A DNA stretch of 64,000 nucleotides from Chthonomonadales bacterium (GTDB lineage Bacteria > Armatimonadota > Chthonomonadetes > Chthonomonadales > CAJBBX01), in NCBI GenBank assembly GCA_037443035.1, contig JBBIPC010000013.1, forward strand, positions 1-64,000, written 5' to 3'. Positions 38,784 to 47,274 of this stretch are shown one piece after another (positions within the stretch are counted from its first letter, which is position 1; the number at the start of each line of letters is the position of its first letter). Made by a program: the position numbers and the translations under genes. The notes below the pieces were generated by a model. The model did no database searches. It had not been told where the DNA came from and saw only the letters and a program-made list of their open reading frames with translations.

Positions 38784-40730
38784 ATGAAGAGCCCTGAAGC
38801 GCGCCGAAGCAGCGAGCGCTTCCGCTGGTGGACAGTCCTTCTCGGCGTGGTTCTGATCCCCGTCAACAGTCTTTGGATAGCTCGTGCCGAAGCGCTGGAT
38901 TATTCTGGCTTCCCCACGTGCATGTCCCTGTTCTACAACGTTGTCTTCACGCTCATAGCACTCATCGCCGTGAACGCTGGCATCCGTTACTGGTGGCCGC
39001 GGGCAGCCCTCAGCCGACCGGAACTGATGGTCGTCTACGGCATGACCGCGACGGGTTCTAGTCTCGTCGGCCATGACTACATGCAGATGCTTGTGCCGAC
39101 TATCCCTCATGTAGCCTACTTCGCTTCGCCTTCCAACAACTGGTCGAGCCTCATCGCCCCGCTGCTGCCGCCGAAGCTTGCCATGACAGAGCTGACCGAC
39201 GGCGTTCGCGCCTTCGAACTGGGGCACTCGACCCTTTATACGGCCGAGCATCTCCGCATGTGGCTGGAACCCATCGCCTATTGGAGCATCTTCCTGTTGT
39301 CCGGCGTTGTCGCGACGCTCTCCCTCTCCCTGCTGCTGCGTCGGCAGTGGGTAGAGCACGAGCGGCTGACCTATCCCATCGTCCAATTGCCGGTGATGGT
39401 GGCCGAGAACGGTGGGGCCAACGCCATCTTCCGCAGCAAGCTCTTCTGGGGAGGGTTTAGCATCGCTGCTGGAATCGACTTGCTCAATGGCCTCCAGTTC
39501 TTCTATCCTTCCCTGCCCTCTATCAACGTGAAGCTCCAGGATGTCGGCACGCTCTTCGCACCCTATCCCCCCTGGAACGCCATTGGCTGGCTGCCCGTCT
39601 CCTTCTATCCCTTCGCCATCGGCTTGAGCTTCTTCATGCCCACGAATCTCTCGTTTTCCAGTTGGTTCTTCTACTTCGTGCGCAAGGCGCAGAACGTCGC
39701 TGTGGCAGCCATGGGATACAGCGAAGGCGATCCGTGGTATCCCTATCTCAAGGAGCAGTCGTTCGGTGCCTGGATACTCCTTTTCGCGGCAACTCTCTGG
39801 CTCGCTAGGGGATACCTCTGGAGTCTGTTCCGCACAGCACTCCGAGACAGGCACGCAGGAGATGGTGGCGTCTCTTACCGGCTCATCCTGGCGGCGCTAG
39901 CAGCCGGCACGGCCGGAATGGTGGGCTTCTTGATCTGGTCGGGCATGCGTCCAGGACTGGCCATCGTCTACGTGCTGCTCTACCTCATGTTCTGCGGAGC
40001 CGCGGCGCGCATTCGTGCAGAACTCGGTCCACCGTCCCACGAGGTCGGGTGGGTTGGCGTAAGCTACATGATGATCATGGTCCTGGGCACGGCTGCGGTC
40101 GGCCCCAAGAACCTGGCGCTCTTCTCCCTCCTCCACTTCCAGAACAGGATGCATAGGGGTCTCCTCATGCCACAGCAGGCCGAGTCGCTCAAGGCGGCGT
40201 CCGAGTCCGGCCTTCGTATGCGGACGATGGCAGCGGCTCTGGCCATTGCAGGCGTTGTGGGGATCGTCGCCGCCTTCTGGGCCATGCTCCATCTCTCCTA
40301 CGGTCGTACGTACGCGACAGCGGTCCACCCTGCCGCACCCGGGTCCGCGTTCGCTGCGGAGCATTTCAACCGCCTGGCCCAGTGGCTGAGCACGCCTGTC
40401 TTGCCGAATACAGCTGGGCTCCTGGCGATTCTCATCGGGGCGGTCGTTGCCATGATACTCGCCTGGCTATCTGTGACAATCCAGGGTTTCCCCTTCCACC
40501 CAGCGGGCTATGCCCTGGGCATGTCCTTCGGCCTGGATTACATCTGGACGCCCGTATTCCTTGCCTGGCTGACCAAGTCCGTCATACTCCGCTGGTGGGG
40601 CCTCAAAGGTTACCGGGCCGCCATCCCCTTCTTCGTCGGCCTCGTCATCGGAGAGTTCGCGGTCGGAGGCATGTGGAGTTTCGTACGCGGTGTGGTCGGA
40701 GTCAAGACGTACACGTTCTACATTTGGTAG
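38784..40730 (+). CDS. Polytopic membrane protein, DUF6785/DUF6784-like
   Basis: Many TM helices; LRRQWVEHERLTYPIVQLP, RIRAELG, PFHPAGYA, PFFVGLVIGE. Confidence 0.7.
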   Translation: MKSPEARRSSERFRWWTVLLGVVLIPVNSLWIARAEALDYSGFPTCMSLFYNVVFTLIALIAVNAGIRYWWPRAALSRPELMVVYGMTATGSSLVGHDYMQMLVPTIPHVAYFASPSNNWSSLIAPLLPPKLAMTELTDGVRAFELGHSTLYTAEHLRMWLEPIAYWSIFLLSGVVATLSLSLLLRRQWVEHERLTYPIVQLPVMVAENGGANAIFRSKLFWGGFSIAAGIDLLNGLQFFYPSLPSINVKLQDVGTLFAPYPPWNAIGWLPVSFYPFAIGLSFFMPTNLSFSSWFFYFVRKAQNVAVAAMGYSEGDPWYPYLKEQSFGAWILLFAATLWLARGYLWSLFRTALRDRHAGDGGVSYRLILAALAAGTAGMVGFLIWSGMRPGLAIVYVLLYLMFCGAAARIRAELGPPSHEVGWVGVSYMMIMVLGTAAVGPKNLALFSLLHFQNRMHRGLLMPQQAESLKAASESGLRMRTMAAALAIAGVVGIVAAFWAMLHLSYGRTYATAVHPAAPGSAFAAEHFNRLAQWLSTPVLPNTAGLLAILIGAVVAMILAWLSVTIQGFPFHPAGYALGMSFGLDYIWTPVFLAWLTKSVILRWWGLKGYRAAIPFFVGLVIGEFAVGGMWSFVRGVVGVKTYTFYIW

Positions 40731-40733
40731 CGG

Positions 40734-41192
40734 CTAACCGCCGTCGGCACGACCACCTTCACGTTCATCCATCATGGCTACGACGACGGCGGCGAACTCG
40801 GTCAGCGCGGCTATCTGCTCCGGCAGCAGGTGATGCAAGTCGCGTGCGTCAACCTGCCAGTAGAGGCGCACCATTCGGTTCCTCAGTCGTGCCGACCGTT
40901 CCAGAGCTCGCGCCAGAGATGATGAAATGAGCTTCGCCTGCTCGAGGGACTTCGGCACATCCGCGTAGTCGTTGGCGGCCGGGAGTCCCAGGCGCGCGAT
41001 AAGGTGGCGTCCAAGATCCATAGCCGCCTCGATGCCTCGCCTCAAGTGGTGCTCGGCAATTGCAGAGTAGTCGGAATCGCCGATGAACGTAGCTTGGGGG
41101 AGGTCGGCTAGAGGCGTGAGACGCGCGATGGCACTCCGGATATGACGGAGGCAACCGGCCACCGTACGTCGATCAACGGCGGCGAAACTCAT
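40734..41192 (-). CDS. HepT-like (DUF86/HEPN) ribonuclease toxin with altered active site
   Basis: EAAMDLGRHL, RNRMVRLYWQVD in place of RNxxxHxY; overlaps the upstream MNT gene. Confidence 0.8.
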   Translation of the reverse strand: MSFAAVDRRTVAGCLRHIRSAIARLTPLADLPQATFIGDSDYSAIAEHHLRRGIEAAMDLGRHLIARLGLPAANDYADVPKSLEQAKLISSSLARALERSARLRNRMVRLYWQVDARDLHHLLPEQIAALTEFAAVVVAMMDEREGGRADGG

Positions 41193-41670
41193 CCGCCATG
41201 GCCTCCATCATCTCCCGATCCTGAGCATCGAGGAAGGGCCGCAGGTCCCACCATATCCGCCATGTCCGCTCGACGAAATCCGCCCGCAATCGCTCCGATG
41301 CTGCGTACAGCAGAACTCCATGGCTGGCTGCATTGCGGATCGCAGGCGTCGCGTCTTCGAGGAAGACGAGATCGACTTCATCTCCGGGGAATATCTGTCG
41401 AAGGTCCCTGTCCATGTCGAACCACCGGCGCATGCGATTCCTCGGACGGCGGCGTCTATGGAAGAGTATACCGACGTCCCAGTCGCTGAAAGCGTCCGCG
41501 TAGCCCTGGCACCGCGAACCAAAGAGGTAACACAGTGCAACGCCGTACTTCACGCACCAGGCACGGATCGCCTCCCTCTGCTCAGGCGAGAGTAGCACGT
41601 CCAGCGAGGGTGTGCTCCCCGCTGGTCCAGCAACCACGCGATCGCTCTCGGCGGATGCACTTTCGTCCAT
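41173..41670 (-). CDS. MntA-like minimal nucleotidyltransferase antitoxin
   Basis: YLFGS-X10-DWD, EVDLVFL, GVLLY. Confidence 0.85.
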   Translation of the reverse strand: MDESASAESDRVVAGPAGSTPSLDVLLSPEQREAIRAWCVKYGVALCYLFGSRCQGYADAFSDWDVGILFHRRRRPRNRMRRWFDMDRDLRQIFPGDEVDLVFLEDATPAIRNAASHGVLLYAASERLRADFVERTWRIWWDLRPFLDAQDREMMEAMADEFRRR

Positions 41671-41677
41671 GAATCGC

Positions 41678-41706
41678 ATGCTACCATGCCAGGGCGCCTG
41701 GGTCAA
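41678..41706 (-). promoter_or_regulatory. Sigma70 promoter, probably leaderless, for the MNT-HEPN operon
   Basis: TTGACC-N17-TAGCAT with extended TG; 7 nt between the -10 box and ATG 41670. Confidence 0.65.
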
Positions 41707-41712
41707 AGCAGA

Positions 41713-44502
41713 TCAGTCGCCATCAGAGCTCCCAACCTTCTTCTCGGCCATGTTCCGGATCTCCGTAGCCGTCACGGCACGAGCCCAGAAAGCGAAGTCG
41801 TCTATGCAGCCTGCGAAGTGCTCACCGCCTGCGAAGAAAGGGTTGAACCCAAGCCCGATTTCGGCGGCCATGGTCCGTACGCGCTCGGGCACCGTGCATG
41901 ACCCAACCTCCTTGCCGTCCACGTACAACCGCAGTACAGGGCCGTCCTTGACGGCAGCGACATGGTACCAGCGCCCAGCCTGGAGCTTCACGCCTTGCGT
42001 CCGCCACGCTCCACCGGCTTCCATGCGCGCAGTGAGCTCTCCCCCTTCTAGCGTTACTCTCAACGGATCGTCCATGCCCCGACACCACGCCGAGACGATC
42101 TGACCCATGCCAGCCTGCTCTTGCGAGGGCTTTACCCACGCCGTGAAGCTGTAGCTCGTTTCCGGGAAGTAGGGCAGCCGGTACCGCACGCCGCTTCCGG
42201 ATCCGCGAAACTGGATGGCACCCTCAGGGCTGCCGTGGCGATCTGCTGCCGCCGAGACTCCTTGCGCGAAGGTAAGCATGCCAACCGTCGGTTCGGGGCT
42301 ACCGTCTAGTCGCGATGCAGCCATGCATCCGTCAGCGCCGACAACTAGGAAACGGTCTGGTGCCTCCTTGTCCACCACGAAGGACCGCGGACCGTCTCGA
42401 TTCTCGGTAGCACCGTAGGCGTTGCGCGCGACAACCTTCCAGTAGAAGGCGCCCTGCTCCGCCAAGCCATCCACCACGGTCGTATGCGTCTCGCGGAGGT
42501 CATCCCGCCGTAGGATCGGTTGGGAGAACGCTGCGTCGCGCGCGATGACGAGGCTGTACGTGTCTGCAGCGCTGCCCGTGGATGACCAGCGGAAGAGGAT
42601 GGGGCCGGGCTTGCCCCGAGCGTCGCTCTCCGGCAGCTCCAGTCGAACAGCCGCAGGCGCAGCATGAGATGCCGGTAGCCATGCGGCGTAGTCAGTGCCG
42701 CGCGCACCTGCCGACGCGAAGTCACAAAGGAGGACCTCCGGTCCGCCATCCGTGGCGACACTCCAGAGCCCCATGGGTCGGAAGTCCCAACTCGGAGCAT
42801 CCTTTGTTCGTTCAGGCCGGATGCGCCGGAGTATCACCCGACGCACATCCAGGGGTTTGAGTTCTTTCGTCTCGATGGCATTCAGACCAGCGTCGAACGC
42901 CAAGAGAAGCGGCCCACGATGGATAGCAACCTGACCGCCTCGGTCGGGTCCCTGGCCCATCGTCAGCCGCGGCGCGAAGTCGAAGGTGAGCTTCACCGTA
43001 TCACCGCGAGACCACCGGCGTTTCAGAACGAGATAAGTGCCAGGCCGAACAGGCCGTCCAAGGGGCCTTCCGTTCACCGCCACGGATGTACGGGCCGACC
43101 ACGCTGGGATCCGGAAGCGAAGGTCCACCTGCCTACCATCCGCTTCGACAGCCACCGTTACCGTTGCGCCGACCGGATACTCCGTTTTCTGCACGATGCG
43201 AAGCTGGCCGTGGTCCTTCAGCGGTAGTTCGATGGCACACGGCCCGTAGAAGTTGACGCAGTACGCATCGCCGCTCTGCATGACTGCCCAGTCAGGCACC
43301 ATACCAAGGGTTCGCGGAGAGTTGACCGAACAGCAGTTCAGCTCCGGAGATCCCGGCCGGTACTGAAAACTGATCTGCTGATACGACGGCGCCCGGACGC
43401 CGTTCAGTGGCGTGTCGTACGTGCACCAGCTCCCGGAGGGATGCTGTGCCGCGAGCGCTTGGTTCCAGAGCGTAAGCTCCAGTTCATCAGCCACAGTAGG
43501 ATCGCCTGTGAGGCGGAGCACGTCCACGCTCAGCGCCATCCATGCCACACTGCAGCACGTCTCGATGGACCCGTTGGCGAAGATGGTTCCCGATGCCTGC
43601 TCATTGGTCGAGAACGCACCCGATGGGTGCCTGTCCAGGTCCCGGATACTGCGCCAATGGTTCAGGACCGCCTTCCGGTATTTCTCGTCGCCGGTTGCCT
43701 GCCATAGAGTGACGAAGCCCTCCAGAATGTGGAGCGCCTCCCAACGAGGTCCGCTTCCCGGCAACCGCCAGTAAGGGACGCCTTCCACCCCTTTCCGGAG
43801 CCAATCACCGTCCTTCGGCATGTCCTTCTCGATCCTTCGGATGAGGGCAAGATACTCTGGCTTGCCGCTGCGCCTGTATAGCTCCGCCATGATATGGAGG
43901 ACGGACATGTTGAAGCATGGATTGCCGGCCTCGATGGGTCTCCGGCCGCCTTCACCGTACACCTGGCAGATGAGCGTCGCGGCCTTCTCCACGCACTGCA
44001 GGGCGTCACGATCCCCCGTAGCATCGGCCCACAGGAGTAACCCCAGCATACAGTGGTAGTGCCCCCACAGATCGCAGTCTCCCTTGAGCCGACGGTCCCG
44101 TGGCCATGGACCGAGGTAACCGTCGGCGTCCTGGGTGCCGATGAGGTCGCTCACGAACCTGGCCACGTGCGTGTGCAGGTCCGAGTCAGCGCTCAGCCGA
44201 CAGGACTGCACGGCGGAGATCAGGTACTTCCCGGCGAACTCACCTGCCCACGGCGTGTGCTCTGCGTACGGCCAGTAGCGGTCCCTGCGGCGGAACATAT
44301 CGAGAATGCCAGGATTCGCTGCCGGCGCTCGGAGGATCCAGTTGCGAATGTTCCGTTCCATGCGAAGCCCCAACTCCCCGCGAAACTGCCACCGACCTTC
44401 TGGGAGCGTCGAGCACACCATATGCCCCTTGTCGCCAGGTGCAGCGGAGGCGGCAACAGCGAGCAACATAGCCAACATCGTGACGACCGCGACAGCTATC
44501 AT
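41713..44502 (-). CDS. GH127-like beta-L-arabinofuranosidase with C-terminal LamG domain
   Basis: QDADGYLG, ETCCSVAW, NCCSVN, TEYP, RIPAWS; LamG segment WYHVAAV...LYVDG...GCIDD. SD GGAGG before ATG 44502. Confidence 0.85.
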   Translation of the reverse strand: MIAVAVVTMLAMLLAVAASAAPGDKGHMVCSTLPEGRWQFRGELGLRMERNIRNWILRAPAANPGILDMFRRRDRYWPYAEHTPWAGEFAGKYLISAVQSCRLSADSDLHTHVARFVSDLIGTQDADGYLGPWPRDRRLKGDCDLWGHYHCMLGLLLWADATGDRDALQCVEKAATLICQVYGEGGRRPIEAGNPCFNMSVLHIMAELYRRSGKPEYLALIRRIEKDMPKDGDWLRKGVEGVPYWRLPGSGPRWEALHILEGFVTLWQATGDEKYRKAVLNHWRSIRDLDRHPSGAFSTNEQASGTIFANGSIETCCSVAWMALSVDVLRLTGDPTVADELELTLWNQALAAQHPSGSWCTYDTPLNGVRAPSYQQISFQYRPGSPELNCCSVNSPRTLGMVPDWAVMQSGDAYCVNFYGPCAIELPLKDHGQLRIVQKTEYPVGATVTVAVEADGRQVDLRFRIPAWSARTSVAVNGRPLGRPVRPGTYLVLKRRWSRGDTVKLTFDFAPRLTMGQGPDRGGQVAIHRGPLLLAFDAGLNAIETKELKPLDVRRVILRRIRPERTKDAPSWDFRPMGLWSVATDGGPEVLLCDFASAGARGTDYAAWLPASHAAPAAVRLELPESDARGKPGPILFRWSSTGSAADTYSLVIARDAAFSQPILRRDDLRETHTTVVDGLAEQGAFYWKVVARNAYGATENRDGPRSFVVDKEAPDRFLVVGADGCMAASRLDGSPEPTVGMLTFAQGVSAAADRHGSPEGAIQFRGSGSGVRYRLPYFPETSYSFTAWVKPSQEQAGMGQIVSAWCRGMDDPLRVTLEGGELTARMEAGGAWRTQGVKLQAGRWYHVAAVKDGPVLRLYVDGKEVGSCTVPERVRTMAAEIGLGFNPFFAGGEHFAGCIDDFAFWARAVTATEIRNMAEKKVGSSDGD

Positions 44503-44690
44503 GGACCGACCTCCTGGAGGTGAAGCGAACCGCAGCATGCGCCGTTCTTCCACAACCATGGTGTACCTCCCTGCATACTCAGGGTTCCGCGGACGTGCCT
44601 CACGGTCTATAATGGAGAGGACCGGCGACGCGACCAGCACGCCGCCGGCGCCCGTTACCTCCTACCATCGCTCACAGGAACGAAACCACA

Positions 44691-45563
44691 GTGACACTCA
44701 GATTCGGATTGCCCAAGGGAAGCCTCCAGGAGGCCACCTTCGCGTACTTCCGCAAAGCGGGGTTCGACTTCCGGCTCTCGTCCGGCAGGTCCTACCATCC
44801 CTCCGTTGATGACCCCGAGATCGAGCCGCTGCTGATTCGGCCGCAGGAGATCCCGCGGTACGTGGAGCTGGGCATTCTCGACGCTGGTTTGACCGGTCGC
44901 GACTGGATCGAAGATAACGGATCCGACGTCGTGGAAGTCGCCGAGCTCGCCTACTCCAAGGCTACCATGAACCCCATCCGTGTCGTGCTCGCAGTTGCCA
45001 GGGGTGGCGCGGTCAGAAGCCTGGCCGACCTGGAGGGCAAGCGGATCGCCACGGAGTATGTGCGGCTCACGCAACGCTATCTCGTCCAGCACGGCATCCA
45101 CGCCGAGGTGGAGTTTTCCTGGGGCGCATGCGAAGTGAAAGTGCCCGAGCTGGTGGACGCCATTGTCGTCAATACGGAGACCGGTAGCTCTCTGCGGGCT
45201 CACGACTTGGAGGTGCTGGACACGCTCCTGGTCTCCACCACACGCCTCATAGCCAATCATACTTCCTACGGCGACCCGGAAAAGCGGCGGAAGATTGACG
45301 ATATGGCCATGCTCCTCCAGGGCGCCCTCGAGGCCGAGCAGATGGTGGGGCTGAAGATGAACGTGCCGCGCACGCTCGTACCGAAAATCACCGCACTGCT
45401 GCCTGCGATGCGCCGGCCCACTGTTTCGCCCTTACTCGACGATGATTGGGTGGCACTGGAGATCGTCGTGGAGGAGAAAACGGTGCGAGACCTGCTTCCG
45501 GCGCTCAAGCGGGCAGGAGCCGAGGGCTTGGTGGAGTACAGGCTCAACAAGGTTGTGCCATGA
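44691..45563 (+). CDS. hisG: ATP phosphoribosyltransferase (long form)
   Basis: GLPKGSL, RPQEIP, IATEY, SWGACE, ETGSSLR, PTVSPL. Confidence 0.95.
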   Translation: MTLRFGLPKGSLQEATFAYFRKAGFDFRLSSGRSYHPSVDDPEIEPLLIRPQEIPRYVELGILDAGLTGRDWIEDNGSDVVEVAELAYSKATMNPIRVVLAVARGGAVRSLADLEGKRIATEYVRLTQRYLVQHGIHAEVEFSWGACEVKVPELVDAIVVNTETGSSLRAHDLEVLDTLLVSTTRLIANHTSYGDPEKRRKIDDMAMLLQGALEAEQMVGLKMNVPRTLVPKITALLPAMRRPTVSPLLDDDWVALEIVVEEKTVRDLLPALKRAGAEGLVEYRLNKVVP

Positions 45564-46183
45564 TCGCCCTTCTCACCGGCACCGTGGCCCGGACGGAGGC
45601 CAATAGCGTCATTCTTGACGTCAACGGCGTCGGCTACCGGGCCTTCGTGCCTCTCAGCGTATTGTCAGGCTTACCCACCGACGGCAGCAAGGTGACCCTG
45701 CACACCAGCATGGTTGTGCGGGACGACGATATTACCCTCTACGGCTTTCGCACCGAGCAGGAGCTGCACGTTTTCCAGGCACTCACCAGCGTGACGGGTG
45801 TGGGGCCCAAAGTTGCCCTCTCACTGCTCAGTGTTCTGGAGTGTGGTGAGCTGGTAAGGGCCGTTGCAGGCAGCGATGTGAAGGCGCTGACCCGTGTACC
45901 AGGCGTGGGAGCCAAGCTGGCCCAGCGCATCGTCCTCGAGCTGGGTGATCAGATGGCCAGGTTCTCCTTCGAGGAACGCATCAGAGACGTCGAGAACATA
46001 CCCACGGGCGCTGCCGGGGGCTTATTCGAGGACATCGTGGACGCTCTTGTGAACCTGCAGTACAACCGGGCTGACGCACGACGGGCCGCAGAGCAGGTCG
46101 TAGCCGCATCGGGTGGCTCCGCGGACGTGCCTTCGCTCATCCGAGATGCCCTGAACATCCTTTCTGGCGCTGGAAAGCGGTAG
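45560..46183 (+). CDS. ruvA: Holliday junction branch migration protein RuvA
   Basis: DVNGVGY, LYGF, VTGVGPKVAL, VPGVGAKLAQRIVLEL. Confidence 0.95.
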   Translation: MIALLTGTVARTEANSVILDVNGVGYRAFVPLSVLSGLPTDGSKVTLHTSMVVRDDDITLYGFRTEQELHVFQALTSVTGVGPKVALSLLSVLECGELVRAVAGSDVKALTRVPGVGAKLAQRIVLELGDQMARFSFEERIRDVENIPTGAAGGLFEDIVDALVNLQYNRADARRAAEQVVAASGGSADVPSLIRDALNILSGAGKR

Positions 46184-46191
46184 CAGCAGCA

Positions 46192-47274
46192 CTACCAAGC
46201 CTGCTGGGCGAACCACTCCAGATAGTCAGCCAGCGCCTGAGCTGCTTCCCGCGGAAGAGCATTGTAGCACGAAGCGCGAAACCCCCCGACCGAGCGGTGC
46301 CCTTTGAGGCCGACCATACCCCTCTCCTCGGCCCCACGCAAGAACTCCGACTCCCGCGAATGGTCGCGCAGGCGGAAGGTGATGTTCATTTGGGAGCGAT
46401 GGGACCTGTTGCTGACGGTGGGTTCGTACACCTCAGGGTAAGCGTCCAGTGCTGCGTAGACGAGGCCGGCTTTCTCGGCGTTGCGACGCTCTATCTCCTC
46501 CAGACCGCCCAGGTCCTCCAGCCACTTGCATACGAGGCCGACAACGTAGACACCGAAAACCGGCGGAGTGTTGTAGAGCGAGTCCTCTCGTGCCTGCACT
46601 TTGTAGGACAGCATGGGAGGCAAGTCGTCCGCGGCCAAGTCTACGAAGCTTCTTCGTATCACCACGACGGTCACACCGGCTGGTCCTGCGTTCTTCTGAG
46701 CTCCGGCGTAGATCAGGCTGAAGCGCCCATGGTCCAGCCGACGCGACAGGAAGTCGGAAGACATGTCGGCAACGAGAGGTATTTCTCCTGTATCAGGAAT
46801 CGCGGGCCACTGCGTTCCTTCGATGGTGTTATTGGTGGTGATATGGACGTAGCACGCTTCGGGCGTAACATCACCCATCGGCGGCAGGCAGGTGTAGGCA
46901 CTTTCGGAGGATGAGGATATCACGTTGACCTGGCCCACCCGCTGCGCCTCCCGGATAGCCTTCAGAGCCCAGGACCCTGTGTCTACATAGTCAGCCGTTT
47001 TCCCAGCCCTCAGGTAGTTCCACGGCACCATGGTGAACTGCAGGCTGGCCCCGCCCCCAAGAAACAGGACGGTGTAGTCCTCACCAAGATCCAGGAGCCG
47101 GAGGAGGCCTGCCTTCGCTTCCTCATGGACCCGTCGGTAGTGGCTCGCGCGGTGGCTCACCTCCAGAATGGACATACCGGATCCATCGAGTTCGAGCACG
47201 CCTGCTGCCGCCTGACGCAGCACCGGTTCCGGAAGGATGGCAGGCCCCGGGTTGAAATTGTAGGCCCGCCCCAT
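46192..47274 (-). CDS. serC: Phosphoserine aminotransferase
   Basis: NFNPGPA, SHR, GGASLQF, NNTIEG, ADMSS, GAQKN, GHRSVGG. Confidence 0.96.
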   Translation of the reverse strand: MGRAYNFNPGPAILPEPVLRQAAAGVLELDGSGMSILEVSHRASHYRRVHEEAKAGLLRLLDLGEDYTVLFLGGGASLQFTMVPWNYLRAGKTADYVDTGSWALKAIREAQRVGQVNVISSSSESAYTCLPPMGDVTPEACYVHITTNNTIEGTQWPAIPDTGEIPLVADMSSDFLSRRLDHGRFSLIYAGAQKNAGPAGVTVVVIRRSFVDLAADDLPPMLSYKVQAREDSLYNTPPVFGVYVVGLVCKWLEDLGGLEEIERRNAEKAGLVYAALDAYPEVYEPTVSNRSHRSQMNITFRLRDHSRESEFLRGAEERGMVGLKGHRSVGGFRASCYNALPREAAQALADYLEWFAQQAW

